A stretch of DNA of 64,000 nt from Antedon mediterranea (taxonomy: Eukaryota > Animalia > Echinodermata): assembly GCF_964355755.1 (NCBI RefSeq), contig NC_092675.1, positions 31,406,912-31,470,911 of the forward strand, read 5' to 3'. Under the pieces are notes generated by a model. It did no database searches. It was not told the DNA's origin and was given only the letters and a program-made list of their open reading frames with translations. A program made the translations under genes and the position numbers. Below are positions 48,601 to 61,195 of this stretch, one piece after another. Numbering within the stretch: position 1 is the first letter of the stretch; each line of letters opens with the position of its first letter.

Positions 48601-51600
48601 CAAAGGAAAATACTCATTAATATTGTCCATGATTAATGAACTGGATATTAATGTCACTTTTTTATATTTAATGTTTTCTTTCTAAATTTAAATCAAGAAA
48701 ACAGAAGTAGGTGGATGGTTGGAAGGAAGACCCAATATTAATTAATTATATTTCTAAAGTAATATAGTCAATGTTTGTGGGCTATATTAGGATATGGAGG
48801 AAAGATTAGGAGGGTCATAAGAGTTATTAATACACAGACAGAGAGTTTTTGTAATAAAATAAACAATATCATAAATGGTAGATATGTAGAACCTATATTG
48901 ACAATCCAGCTTTGATTTCATTATTATAACTACACTATAAAAACAACAGATTCTCCAGTGTGTAGCTCCTTCAACTAGTAACACACGTCCTTGAATGATA
49001 CCCACCTTTAAATAGACCATGGAGGAAAAAATAAACAAATAATTTTTTCCTCCATGAATAGGCCTAGACTAATTATAAATAATTGCAAAGGGCATTATAG
49101 CATAGCATTTTACCTTTATTCAAATCTTGTATATTTGTTCCTCGATATTTGAATAAACCAACTGAATTTATTTGATTTAAATTTAAGAAAAAATGTTTAG
49201 CATTAATAAATTATAATGGTTTGAGTAGAACATAACTTGACATGGTTGATAAGGACAAAGTAAAATTGATGTCCAAATACACATTATGGTGGAAATCAAT
49301 CAATGCATGCAGGGCACTTAATTCAAGGAAAAACAAGTGCAAAGTCAGGATGTTCCTCATCACCCCCTCCCCATTCCAAACCCTTCTATGCTGACTGTGC
49401 CTCTTCATTTCCCAGTTCAAACACATCAGATCTGTGCTGGAAGTGTCTAGGGAAATAGGTACTTAAATACATAAACATGGACAGAGCGACAGTGAGGACT
49501 TGCACAGGCACTCAAGATAGCAGAGCAGGTCAATGACATTTTCAATATTAAATAAAGGAAACAAAAATGAATAACATTTATTTATTTTTTATGTAATAAA
49601 ATAAAACAGATCTTGGTGAGTAGGTTACGATACATGTAAAACAAAAATGACACTAATAAGTACAAAAATGGTCATTCAACTTTTGAGTAGGAAATCATCA
49701 AAGAGCGGAAAAAAATGTTTAACACAAGAGGGCAGCATCAATGTTTCCAAGCACATTTTGGCTTTTCATCAATCAATAGAATAGATAGAGAATACATTAA
49801 CATAAAACTGATATTATAAACTTATAACCTACCATATTTTTTCATATGTTCACGTCCAGCATTTCCAAACATTTGTGCTGCCATAGGACCACCAGAAAGT
49901 TCTTCAACATTCAACATGGTAACCAAGTGATTATCCAGGGGGTTTGTGCGGTCAGTGTACTAAAAAATTGTTAAAAAAGTAGTTGATGTGAAAGAAATAA
50001 AATGATGAAAAAAGAACTGAAAATGTTTATAGTTATATTAAACTTTTTTTCTTTTGTATTAAATATTTTATCATCAACATTACAGGTTCTATCATGGCAA
50101 TGACACAATGTATATACTTATATTTTATTAATTGTTTATGGCCCAATTTATACAGTTTGTATACTGTAGGTTAGGAGAATGTTGAAGCATGCTGGTCTTT
50201 GTCAAATATGTCAAGTATGTCCAACCTGCTATGGATACACCATATATTAGTGTAAAAAAAAACCAAAAAAAAAAACCCAGAGTATCCAAGCATTTTAGAA
50301 ACATTTTGACATTTGTTATGAATATGCTGGCTAAATCTTCATAAGGTGGGTCATTACTTGATTACCTTCACGCCCAAGGAACCTCTTTCCATTTTCTCAA
50401 ATCCAAGTGCTAAGACACATTCACTTATGCCACCTTCTATAAACTGCTTTGCCATGAATAATGCCGTAGAACCAGTAGAACAGTTGTTATTGACCTTTAG
50501 AAAACAAGAAATCATAGTCAATTAAGAATATCAACAAAATATTGGGCTAAATTTTGCTTCTCAAATACTACTGGGTTGAAATTTAAATATAATTGCTTGC
50601 CTACTGTAGAAACATGAAAACATATGTTTGGAAACTCACATTGTAGATAGGAATACCAGTAAGGCCTAGCTGGTAGACAGCTCTTTGACCACAGGTAGAA
50701 TCACCATAGCAATATCCAACACAAGCTTGCTCTATTTTATCATAACTAACTCCTGCATCTTGAAGAGCTTTTGTGCCTGCTTCCAAAGCCATTTGAGGAT
50801 AATCAAAGTCTTCTCGTCTGCCTGGCTTTTCAAACTAAACATAAGCAAGCAAGACTAATGATGACAAGGTATATAATAGTTAATACAAACATGTGCACAA
50901 TTAAGGTCCTATGCAAATAAATACAAACCATTAGAACACTAAACATTTCCCAGTATACTTAAATGTTTGAGGTCTGTGGAATGGTGAAGAGGCTCGCAAT
51001 ACATATATCACTATGTAGGTTAAAATCATGTCTGGGAATTTTAAATATGTTTAACACACAATTAATGCTAAAAGGTGTAAAACATGGTTTATGTCAGATT
51101 GTTCATTACCATTATTGCTTTCTATAATTAAATACCAAAGTTTATCATTAAATTTTGAACAGTAGCCTGCATTTGGTTTTTTATCAGTGATAGCACACTT
51201 TATCAAGTTTTACTAACATGTGATTGTGACTAACCATTTGAAATAAAAAATTACAATTCACTCTCTGGTATTGGTGAAGTTGAAAAAATAAAAGAACTGA
51301 GATATTGTATATACTGCTCCTAGAGTAAATTGAGTGTTGACAAAGTGCGAGGCAGCGAGGCACGCCAAATATTTGTGAGACATCATTTTATCATTTCCAA
51401 AAGTGCGAGGCATGCGAGTTATACCCCTTTCACACCAAAACTCCGGAGTGTCTCCGGAGACACCCCGGAGTTTATGACCATTCAAAACGTCGAGAAACTC
51501 CGGAGATACCCCTTTCACACCAACCTAGCAACACCGGGGTTTATAAAATAAAATTGTAAATGTCACCCTCTATTTTGTTTGTTTACATAGTGACGATCAT

Positions 51601-53614
51601 TAGAATCATTTTAATTAATAATATTTTTAATTTAATAATTACTTTCAAAAGTCTCAGAAGTAATATAATGTTTTTATTGATCTACTTATTATTTTCTAGA
51701 CCCGCTATATATTTTGTACAAATATTTAAAGTATTTTATAATAAACTAAAGCAATGAGTGATCGTGCGAGGATGACCTTTTGACCCGAAAACTCCGGAGT
51801 TTGATGTTGGTACCTTTCACACCAAAACACCGGGGTGTCCCCGCAGTTCGCTCTCCGGAGAATGTTCAGCTGTTCAACCCCGCAGTTTTAAACTCCGGAG
51901 TTGCTTGATTTTACCTTTCACACCAAACAGCGGGGCGTCAACTCCGGAGTGTCTCCGGGGTGGGGTGTCTCCGGAGTTTTGCTTTTGGTGTGAAAGGGGT
52001 ATTAGACAATAGTTAAATCTCATGCTTATTTCTGTATTAAACGCCTTGATGTATTGATGCTTCCATATGGCACTTATTTCACGAACACAGGGCGCTTGTT
52101 GACACTGGTGTCACATCACTGTAGTGGGCAACCAAAGTTTATCTTCCACTATTTTTGGTTAGTAAAGTGTAAATGAGGGATGGCCTCCAAGACTTGTAAG
52201 AACAGGTGTTAAAATGAGAGAAGAGAGGAGAAGCTCACGGCCATGCTTTATTTGCACATTTTCGCAGCATCGATTTATTACTTGTGCATAAAATCCGATA
52301 GCAAAAGGCTTATCGCAAAATAGCTTGTTGTCGTGAGGAACGTCATTGCATAATGCATGGTGGGATCATGGAATTGGGGGAATAAATAGAATTTCTGTAA
52401 ACACAATTAAATAATGTGTGTGCGCGCGCGCGTGTCCATATTTCCGTCCCATCATGCACTGTATACGCTATTTACGATAATGCCTAACCTTACCATGGCA
52501 TTACGTACCTCTCACAATGACGAGAGGTTACTGCACTGGTTAGAGTAGGGGGATCCAGTTAGCTTAGCTTAGCCTTTAGGTAACCTCCAGAGACAATCAA
52601 ATCATTCGTCCTAGCCTAGCTAATAGGCCCAGCGCTAATGCAGTTTCGTACCCACCCCTTAAAATTACTCAAAATTGTTTCAATACGCCCTAGGCCCTAC
52701 CTAAAATAGGCGGTCACAGTGCATTTCGGCCGCCAATCATTTCGGCCGCCGGTTATGGAACGCCCAAATTCATGAAACTCCAAAAAGGACAAAATATGGC
52801 ATGATCATTTCGGCCGCCAGGTATGGCGCGCCAAATTGAAATAGCCAGAAATAACTCATTAACTGTACAGTATTACAGTGAAAAAAAATAACTTTATCAA
52901 GTCTATGGAACGCCACAGAGAACTATGGTCATTTAAACTAGAGATCAGTTGTGCAATAATGGGCTAAATACATTTTGTTTTTGCAGTAGGCATAGATTTA
53001 AAGTTATATTATTAGTTACAGTATTTTACCGTCTGAATATTTTGGTCAAAATGAATATTAATTTAATGTTTATTTTTTTATTTATTTTACAAGTCCCGAA
53101 GATGCGTGTGCTTTGTAAAATGTGTTTCTTTTAATATGAATCAAGTCAAGTGTTTTTGACTGGCACATAAAAAAACTAAAACTTCAGCATCACCTCCTTC
53201 TTATTAAAAAAATATCATTAATATTCACTGTAGTGATGGCAATGTGCACGCTATAATATCGTTGCTGTTTATGGAATTGAAGACCGCCGATTCGGCTTAA
53301 TAATACAGTATTTAGTAAAATATTAACATTTTAACACACATGGCGTGTCATACATATTCAAGAATAATTACAATTCTGGCGGCCGAAATTAAAAATACAT
53401 ATTTTGTCCTTTTTGGCGTTTCATGAATTTGGCAATTCCATAACCGGCGGCCGAAATGATCAGACACCAAATAGGCTAGGCTAGGCTAGGCCTAGCCTAT
53501 TACACAATCAATCAAAAACAGTAAAAAGAACTACCAACACAAATCTGGAATTTAGTTACATTATACCTTTGTCATTCCTACTCCTACAACGTAAACTTTG
53601 CGTGATGTACTCAT
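27657..53614 (-). CDS. SCP2: Sterol carrier protein x/2 (peroxisomal thiolase + SCP2 domain), complete, ~532 aa; exons 53614-53567, 50834-50640, 50494-50366, 49959-49833, 45951-45888, 45614-45528, 45262-45112, 44990-44843, 42105-41998, 39158-39008, 31219-31132, 30941-30809, 28627-28551, 27749-27657
   Basis: Exons total 1599 nt in frame with GT-AG junctions. Motifs: [27 protein letters not shown] (catalytic Cys), [61 protein letters not shown], and C-terminal PTS1 AKL. Confidence 0.96.
27826..27899 (-). mobile_element. tRNA-like pol III head (SINE remnant or tRNA pseudogene) in last SCP2 intron
   Basis: Minus strand has A-box-like tggtctaatgg and B-box-like gttcaaatcc at tRNA spacing; cloverleaf stems are poor. 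Confidence 0.4.
27921..28471. repeat. 60-bp minisatellite, ~9 copies
   Basis: Unit caatctat(t/c)acacagtgagtagtaacactgtatttcaatgtactacaaaagtagtgtgtt; explains the periodic ORF 27935-28483. Confidence 0.97.
28797..30776. repeat. 20-bp minisatellite, ~99 copies, filling most of SCP2 intron 12
   Basis: Unit (a/t)atc(a/g)tag(t/c)gtgcaactgac in perfect register. Confidence 0.98.
31385..31560. repeat. ~41-46-bp tandem repeat, ~4 copies
   Basis: ttgtatgtttatatatcaatagtgtatatccttta repeated. Confidence 0.85.
32248..33904 (+). CDS. Transposon ORF2, ~443 aa: ING-like PHD finger plus helical domain resembling the P-transposase C-terminus; exons 32248-32557 and 32883-33904
   Basis: C4HC3 pattern [27 protein letters not shown]; G|gtaagt donor and cag acceptor join in frame; motifs [12 protein letters not shown] and [10 protein letters not shown]; basic tail [12 protein letters not shown]. 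Confidence 0.85.
33984..37432 (-). CDS. P-element/THAP9-type transposase with RAG1-like N-terminal Zn domain, ~869 aa; exons 37432-35600, 35468-35316, 35190-35002, 34663-34531, 34285-33984
   Basis: Exons total 2610 nt, open, GT-AG. Motifs: [28 protein letters not shown] (D), [10 protein letters not shown] (D), [51 protein letters not shown] (E). Confidence 0.92.
40565..40604. mobile_element. 26-bp perfect palindrome with 7-bp direct repeats (probable P-type excision footprint)
   Basis: attggag-catagagatattataatatctctatg-attggag. Confidence 0.7.
41758..42034. repeat. 70-bp tandem repeat, ~4 copies, made of the SCP2 exon 9 3' end and its splice donor
   Basis: Each unit contains the [12 protein letters not shown]-coding 37 nt plus gtatgttaat on the minus strand. 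Confidence 0.93.
42372..42495. mobile_element. Short degenerate MITE (related copy at ~45700-45845)
   Basis: ctgtctaca ... tatagacag ends; internal tgtgatg.gccca.atatgg shared with the 45.7-kb copy. Confidence 0.5.
43863..44880. repeat. 82-bp tandem repeat, ~12 copies, made of the SCP2 exon 8 3' end and its splice donor
   Basis: Each unit contains the [12 protein letters not shown]-coding 37 nt plus gtaggttac on the minus strand. Confidence 0.95.
46508..47318. repeat. 67-bp minisatellite, ~12 copies
   Basis: Unit aagggaccta(a/t)gaccatgggcctagaaatcctgaatcagctactgatttcatgtcattttagacatt. Confidence 0.96.
49011..49063. mobile_element. 39-bp CATGGAGG...CCTCCATG hairpin with near-perfect 7-bp TSD (probable P-type footprint)
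   Basis: aatagac-catggaggaaaaaat-aaacaaata-attttttcctccatg-aataggc. Confidence 0.65.
51422..52001. mobile_element. Harbinger/Tourist-like MITE
   Basis: TIR tacccctttcacaccaaaa / ttttggtgtgaaaggggta, TTA TSD, many internal ctccggag palindromes. Confidence 0.85.
52712..53468 (+). mobile_element. MITE with GGT...ACC ends and 8-bp TSD, copy 2
   Basis: Near-identical to 21541-22316; TSD aaataggc on both sides. Confidence 0.87.
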
Positions 53615-53912
53615 ATTTGGTTCTAATGTTCTTACAGTGGTGGAAAGTTTCCGAAAGTTAGGCCTAAAACGAATTATGTTATTTACCAAAACAAGACCCC
53701 TGAATATCATATTATTACGGTGGTAAATGTAAACGAGATAGAAAGAGGGCGCTAACTAAAATACACTAAAAAACAGAGCCTATTATTTTATTAGATTGTT
53801 ACTTCTTATTATTATTTATTACAACCAATCATTATTGTAAAAAATATGAAAACACTTTAAAAAAAACATTTTTTGAAATTATTTATTAAAATTTAAACAA
53901 ATAGAGAGAATA

Positions 53913-55308
53913 CTACGGAAGCCCGTTCGGGCCACAAGATAACTATATTTTAAAAGCTGTTATCTGGCGGCCGCCACTTAATTATCTGTGGCAATTCCAT
54001 AACCAGCTGTTATCTGGCGGCCGCCACTTAATTATCTGTGGCGGCCGCCACTTAATTATCTGGCGGCCGCCACTTAATTATCTGGCGGCCGCCACTTAAT
54101 TATCTGGCGGCCGCCACTTAATTATCTGGCGGCCGCCACTTAATTATCTGGCGGCCGCCACTTAATTATCTGGCGGCCGCCACTTAATTATCTGGCGGCC
54201 GCCACTTAATTATCTGGCGGCCGCCACTTAATAATTAGTACATGTCCCGTTCACGTGACATGTACGTGCATTGGATATGAGGCGATGTTGCATATGGAAC
54301 GCCATCGCTGCCTCCGGCAGCAAAATTTAATTCTATTCGGCTCTTTTACCATTCGGCGCATTTCTATTCGGCCCATTTACCTTTACGTTCGGCTCTTTCA
54401 GCATTCGGCTCTTTTTTATTCGGCCCATTTACCATTACGTTCGGCTCTTTTTGATTTTTTTATACGGCGCAATTAAATTCTAACCTTTTACATGGGGTCA
54501 AATGGAAGAAAATCAACGGCTGGAAATGAGTCTATGAAAAGTTTACAAAACATATAGATGCAGCATGTAGAGTGTTTGGTTGGTTGAATTAAATGAATTT
54601 GAAGGCTATTTCAATATGACTAATCATTTTATTGACATGATTAATGTGTTAGAGAACTTGCAATTGTCCCACCTTATTGACTATTTTGAAAGAGAAAAGG
54701 TTTGATTTATGGCCTAGGCTAGCTAGACCTAGTCTAGTGTCCGCCTAACTTTTAACAATAATAATTTACTCTTTCTCTCTCAAAATTTGTAAAAAGATGG
54801 ATTAATTTTAGGTTATTCAACACATCTTTAATCGTAAATATGGTAAATGGGCCGAATAGAAATGCGCCGAATGCTAAAAGAGCCGAACGTAATGGTTGTA
54901 AAAGAGCCGAATAGAATTAAAGTTTGCTGCCGGAGGCAGCGATGGCGTTCCATATGCAACATCGCCTCTGATCCAATGCACGTACATGTCACGTGAACGG
55001 GACATGTACGTATTAATTATTAAGTGGCGGCCGCCAGATAAATAAGTGGCGGCCGCCAGATAATTAAGTGGCGGCCGCCAGATAATTAAGTGGCGGCCGC
55101 CAGATAATTAAGTGGCGGCCGCCAGATAATTAAGTGTCGGCCGCCAGATAATTAAGTGTCGGCCGCCAGATAATTAAGTGGCGGCCGCCAGATAATTAAG
55201 TGGCGGCCGCCAGATAATTAAGTGGCGGCCGCCAGATAATTAAGTGGCGGCCGCCAGATAACAGCTTTTAAAATATAGTTAACTTGTGGCCCGAACGGGC
55301 TTCCGTAG
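53913..55308. mobile_element. Foldback-type element with long inverted arms containing 22-bp tandem repeats
   Basis: Ends ctacggaagcccgttcgggccacaag / cttgtggcccgaacgggcttccgtag, aata on both flanks; ~11-12 copies per arm of ggcggccgccacttaattatct; arms ~450-500 bp. Superfamily not assigned. Confidence 0.88.
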
Positions 55309-56270
55309 AATACATTAGCCAGGCTAGGCATCGGCATATTAGGCTACACATTTCTATTTATTTGTTCCTAATTTTCTGACATAAGGTGTCCACATAGTGC
55401 GGCCAATAACCTACACACATTCATAATACTGAATTACAATACAATATCTTGCATGAATCGGACATTTCGCTACCAATGTAGTAGCATTGATTAACAAAAT
55501 CAAAATTTAACAGTGTGGCGTGTTGACTGCGAATGATAATACTATCTTTCCCACTACACCTGCACAACATTGCATAACAACGCACGACATACCAAACCAA
55601 AGATTTACCAAAACTGAGCTGAGCAAAGACAATTTGAAAAATAGAGCTGCATAGGTTCCCGCCCGAAAAAATGGCACTTTACATGATTTGAAATTATATG
55701 AAACAAATTATTTAAGGCTCACTTTTATGGACAATAGAGCTTGTCCCCCCGGAAAGTGCACATTTTCATTGAAATTCAATAGTAGGTCTACTAGCCCACC
55801 ATGGTTGGGGCAGAGTTAATAATGGAAATAGAGCCCAGAATTGCACTCATACTTATACTTATTATTATACATAATCACCTATAATAATTATGATAAAATT
55901 TCAACTATCCAGATGCGAATTCAACATTTTAGGTAGGGTTTTCTACTTTAAAAACTCGACTTATATGCGAAGCCTAGGCATAGCGCGGCGGCGGAATTAG
56001 TCTAAGCTTCGAAAGAATTGGTCTAGAAATGGCATCTTTTCAAATGTTCTATATTTGATCTTATTTCACTCTCCATTAACCCCATAAAACCATCGGAGAC
56101 AAACTATCTGTTTATTATAGGTGCGGCCATACAACTACCGTATCATAAATGTTTATTCATAACAGTACAATATCTTGCATGAATCGGACATTTCGCTACC
56201 AATGTAGTAGCATTGATTAACAAAATTAAAATTTAACAGTGTGACGTGTTGACCGCGAATGACTAACAAT

Positions 56271-56498
56271 TGTCGTATTCGATTGGGAACTTTCGTTGTC
56301 AACGTAAAGATTCGTTGAGCACTTTTTGTATTCGAATTGTAAATTTGTGCTCAACAGAAAGTCATTCGAATAGAAAACGTTGACAACGAAAGCTTTTTCG
56401 CTAAGAACAATCTCAACGCTCAAAATACTCCGTTAAAGAAGTACTGAACTCAACGGAAAAACTGTACTCAACGGTGAAAGTCTAAATCGAATACGACA
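56271..56498. mobile_element. MITE with TGT...ACA ends
   Basis: TIR tgtcgtattcgatt / aatcgaatacgaca; absent at the equivalent position in the other unit copies. Confidence 0.7.
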
Positions 56499-56571
56499 AT
56501 TACCATCTTCCTTATAATACACCTGCACAAACTCATTTGCATAACAACGCACGGCATACCAAACTGTTTAA

Positions 56572-56750
56572 AGCGTGGTTCCCACTAGCGACGAAACACA
56601 AGGACGTAACGCAACGCAAGTGAATTGACCAATCACAAGCGATGGCTTATTCGCTTGTGATTGCTAACTGTCTATAACTTCGCTTGTCATTGGTTAAAAC
56701 GCTTGCGTTGCGTTTACGTCCTTGCGTGACGTTCTAGTGGGAACCAAGCT
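56572..56750. mobile_element. Harbinger/Tourist-like MITE
   Basis: TIR agc.tggttcccactag / ctagtgggaaccaagct, TAA TSD; empty-site equivalent accaaactgtttattatagagctgcaa at ~59503. Confidence 0.8.
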
Positions 56751-57040
56751 TAAAATAGAGCTGCAAGGTCTCCGGAAATGACATCTATTATTTTTTCAAA
56801 CATGTAGAATCTTCAGTACCTCACCATGCTTGGCGCTGAGCAAATACAATTTTGAAAAATAGAGCTGCATAGATAGGTTTCCCGGCCGAAAAAAATGGCA
56901 CTTTACTTGATTTTAAATTATATGAAACAAACTATATAGGACTCACCAGGACAATAGAGCTTGTCTCCGGAAAGTGCACCTATTCTTTGAAATATGAAAT
57001 GAAATATTAATTGTCTCCAGTATTAGCCCACCATGGTTGG

Positions 57041-58226
57041 TGGTTGGTAGGATAAATGACAGATTAGATGAACATGTCCCTGTAACACAGGCCGCGTATC
57101 GCAGAGGACGAAGCACTACCGAACATGTACATACATGCAAAATGTTAGCAGAAAAGGCAATTGCGTCATCTAACTACGAAATAATATTACTACTACTTGA
57201 CATGACCAGTGCATTTGACACGGTGCGGAGGAATACTCTATTCGACATACTGACACATATTACAAGATGATGAACTACACATGTTGAAAGTTTTGATAAA
57301 CAATGTAAAATTAAGCGTTCGAATTGGAAAACAGACAGGAAAATTGTTTACTACTACACTAGGAGTACCACAAGGTGACTGTATGTCTCCGATACTGTTC
57401 ACACTATACCTAGCAAAGGCACTCGAATCAGCAAACACAACACCACTACCCCTACAACAGCTTAATATCCAGATGCAGTATGCAGATGACATTTCATTTA
57501 TTAGCGACTCAAAAGAACACATAACTAAAATAAAGAAAAATGTAACAGAGAAATTAGCAGAATTCAATCTAAAGATAATCTAAAGATAAACGAAAGTAAA
57601 ACAGAAGAATACCTAATAGGAAGAAACACCGATAGTAAATGGGAAGAATGCAAATACCTCGGTAGTAACTTGGACACAGAAAAAGACATTAAAAGAAGAA
57701 AATCACTAGCAGCTATGGCAAATAACAAGCTGAAGTCGTCGCTAGAACACAAAACGATGTCTATAGACGTGAAATCCCGTTTGTTTGACGCATACATAGC
57801 AAGTATTTCCTTATATAACAGTGAACTCTGGGTACTAAACAAAAAATTACAAGAGAGTATAGATATATATCACAGGAAAATGTTGCGAAAGATGATAGAT
57901 TTAACAGATAGAGTGTGTAACACGAAAATATACGAGATAACAAAACAAGAAGAATGGAGTAACAGAATTAAACGAAGGAGACTAAAATGGTATGGACACA
58001 TAATTAGATTACCGGATGATACCCCAATCAAACAAACAATGAAGGAAACTAACAGGAAAGTAAAACGACCCGTATGAAGACCAAGAAATAACTGGATGAA
58101 TCAAATAAAGAAAGACTTACAAGGACACAAACACAATAACAAACCATCCTGCCATAAACAGTAAAAAATGGAAACAAATTGTGGAAAGCGTAATGTCGGA
58201 AGACGGAAAACGTTAGCAACAACAAC
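57041..58226 (+). pseudogene. 5'-truncated RTE-like non-LTR retrotransposon (reverse transcriptase, frameshifted)
   Basis: RT motifs QAAYRRGRSTTEH, LLDMTSAFDTV, GVPQGDCMSPILF, YADD, KYLGS, RRRLKWYGHI; frameshifts near 57265 and 57580; (caa)n tail; ggttgg duplication, with empty site at ~55800. Confidence 0.9.
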
Positions 58227-58829
58227 GGTTGGGGCAGAGCTAATAATGAAAATAGAGCCAAGAATCTTATACTTACACTATACATAATCACCTATAATAA
58301 TTATGATAATGTTAAAATTTCAACTATCAAGATGCGCGCTTCAACATTTTAGGTGGGGTTTTCTACTTTAAAACTCGACTTCGTATAAGGCCTACCCCGG
58401 CGGCTGAATTGGTCTAACCTTCGAAATCGGTCAAGAAATGGCATCTTTTCAAATGTTCTATATTTGATCTTATTTCATCCTCCATTAACCCCATAAAACC
58501 ATCGGAGACAAACTATCTGTTTAAAACATGTTTATTCTGAGAACGGTGCTACACACCAACTACCATAACAGTTTATTCATAACATTTTACAATACTATAT
58601 CTTGCATGAATCGGACATTGTACCAATTTAACAGTGTGGCGTGTTGACCGCGAATGACTAACAATAACATCTTTCCCGCTACACCTGCATAACAACACAC
58701 GGCATACCAAACCGTTTCGTACACCTGCGATGAAAATATAAAATTCAATTTCTTTTAAAATTGAGGGCGGCAAACATAAAATTTATGAAATCGAATACAG
58801 GTTGAAAAAAAAATTAAATAAAAAAAAAG

Positions 58830-59078
58830 ATTTTAAATGTGCTCTCCCTCCCTCAGCACTAAGGCCCTGCCACAGCCCTTTGAGGTCGTTTCCAGCACAT
58901 CACCAGATGCATTGATGTTGTCGCCTCATGATGTGTGGTGGAAAGGGGACGTATAATCTGTGAACCCCAAACACAGTGGCCGCATGCCTTTAACTCTATT
59001 CCACCGACCAGCGTGGGAATCGAACCCACGACATACGTGTTGTCAACGCGACGCTCAGGTCAACTGAGCTAACTGGTC
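58830..59078 (-). mobile_element. tRNA-derived SINE-like element
   Basis: Minus strand gaccagttagctcagttg (A box) ... gggttcgattccc (B box), followed by a non-tRNA body and a T-rich end. Confidence 0.6.
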
Positions 59079-61038
59079 ATTTTGGTTTTAACAAGGTTAA
59101 TATGATATTTATGATGAAATGATGAATTACGTAATACACGTATAAATAGACTACTATCATCTGTTCAGTCATGTACTAAATGTGTGGCCTAACGGGTAAT
59201 GCTCAGCTTTGGGTGCTCTCAGCTCTAGTAGATTGGGTTCGAACCTCTACGTATATTATTTTTTTTTAAATAAAAAATAAATAAAAAAATAAATTAATTA
59301 ATTAATGAATATTGTTTTTGAAAGAGAGATATTTTGAGGGTTGTAAATGTCAGGCTTAAACAATCTTTTAATTAACAACATCAAAATTTAACAGTGTGGC
59401 GTGTTGACCGCTAATTATTAACATACCATCTTCCCCCGCCCGCCGGTCTTTCCCATAATACACCTGACAAACTCATTTGCATAACAACGCACGGCATAAA
59501 GTACCAAACTGTTTATTATAGAGCTGCAATGTCCCCGGAAATCTATTATTTTTTTAAACAACGTGTATAAGAATCTTCAGTACTAAGAAAAGACATTTTG
59601 AGAAAGAGCTTCATAAGTTCCCGCCCGCGAATAAAATGGCATTTTACATGATTTGAAATTCTTGAACAAACAAATCATATGATCCTGAATCTACACTAAT
59701 ATACGAACTTTGAGTACCATATTAATTAATAGATAATAGGCCTACTTTGTAATTACATTAAGAACATAATAGAATTTTAGACCAAGGACGTCTACGACCC
59801 AATAGTAGGCCCTATCAGATAACATTATTACTGTATTTGTTAAAGTTGAATTGAACGACCTTTTGTCACGAACGAGGAGTCGAATATATCTTTTCTTATG
59901 CATATTGTATGCTGATGGCAATTTTCCGTTAAATATTCTCCAAAAATTAGATATCAGACTATTAATAGGCTATTTTGGATATTTTTTCCATAGAAAAAAG
60001 ATGATTTCACTTATAAAAAACAAAATAAACAATTAAATTTAACCAAAAACAGATAATGTGACTATATGTTTCAGGTAAATTATTTTCTTGCCGATCCTAT
60101 TTTTGGTCAAAGTGAATAACTATTATGTGACATTAAAATAACATATTCAATAATAAATAGGTGGGCTGATCCTGTAGACTTATATAATTTTGTTTAATAT
60201 TTCAATTTATATGTGCAATTTCCGGGTACCTGTAGCAGGTCTATTTGGCTTATTACTTTTTGGCAATGATGATTGTTTATGTTTATGCTGTTTTTGTTGG
60301 CAATAAAGTAAATTATAACTTCCGTGGACGTTTCAATTTCTCAGCTCAGCCCCAACCATGGTGAGGCTGAGGTCTAATGAGTCTTATATATTTTGTTTCA
60401 TATTTCAACAAATGTCAAAACATCATTAGAAAGAGAAGATTGTAACGGCCTTGTGAAAAACACCAATATGGTGATTCAAGTGTTGCATCCGTTTTTAAAT
60501 AAAGTTGTTATTATTATTATAGAAGTATGTTAAAATTAAATACAGTAAGCAATTGGAACATCTAAGTGAACATCTAAGGCGGTCTTAGTACGGTTACCCC
60601 TGCAAAAATAATTTGTTGAAATTTATTAATTTATATAGGCAATTTTTGTCACATAATAGTTTTGGTTTATGTACTGTTTATTTGGTCTGTTTATAAATGA
60701 AATCACTTTGTTTTGTGTTTTTCTACAGAAATGAATAACTTTATTGAAACTCAAAATGGCCTCAATTCAAAGTCGGATTTATTATTCTTAATTTTTCATG
60801 TTTCTTTGGGGACAATACAATTTTAATATTTTCTTATCTGAAATTATTTAGTGTATCTTCTACATCTGGAAAACCATGGTCATCTTTACATTTTTTATAT
60901 TAGGCAACAAAATAAATATGAAAAAAAAAAAGTTTATATTAATTAACAGACTGAATTTTATTAGTGTCTATAATATTTCTTTGCATCTACTATATAACTT
61001 CTTGTTATTTACAACAAAACAAAATTTTTTTTTTTACT

Positions 61039-61195
61039 TTTTACATTATTTAGGATATTATTACAGTATAACCATTAACAGTAACATGTGTTTTACATTA
61101 TTTAGGATATTATTACAGTATAACCATTAACAGTAACATGTGTTTTACATTATTTAGGATATTATTACAGTATAACCATGAACAGTAACATGTGC
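61039..61195. repeat. 52-bp tandem repeat, 3 copies
   Basis: ttacattatttaggatattattacagtataaccattaacagtaacatgtgtt repeated. Confidence 0.9.

Larger units (their letters stand above)
55384..59680. repeat. Diverged tandem array of a ~750-bp unit (about 4 partial or complete copies) carrying nested insertions
   Basis: Blocks such as aatttaacagtgt(g)gcgtgttgac, tgcataacaacgcacggcata and aatggcatcttttcaaatgttctatatttgatc recur at ~55.5, 56.2, 58.6 and 59.4 kb. Confidence 0.8.

Noticed and set aside
59005-59078. Functional tRNA gene (also 27826-27899 and ~59180-59250)
   Set aside because: A and B boxes are present but stems pair poorly or the sequence continues into a SINE-like body.
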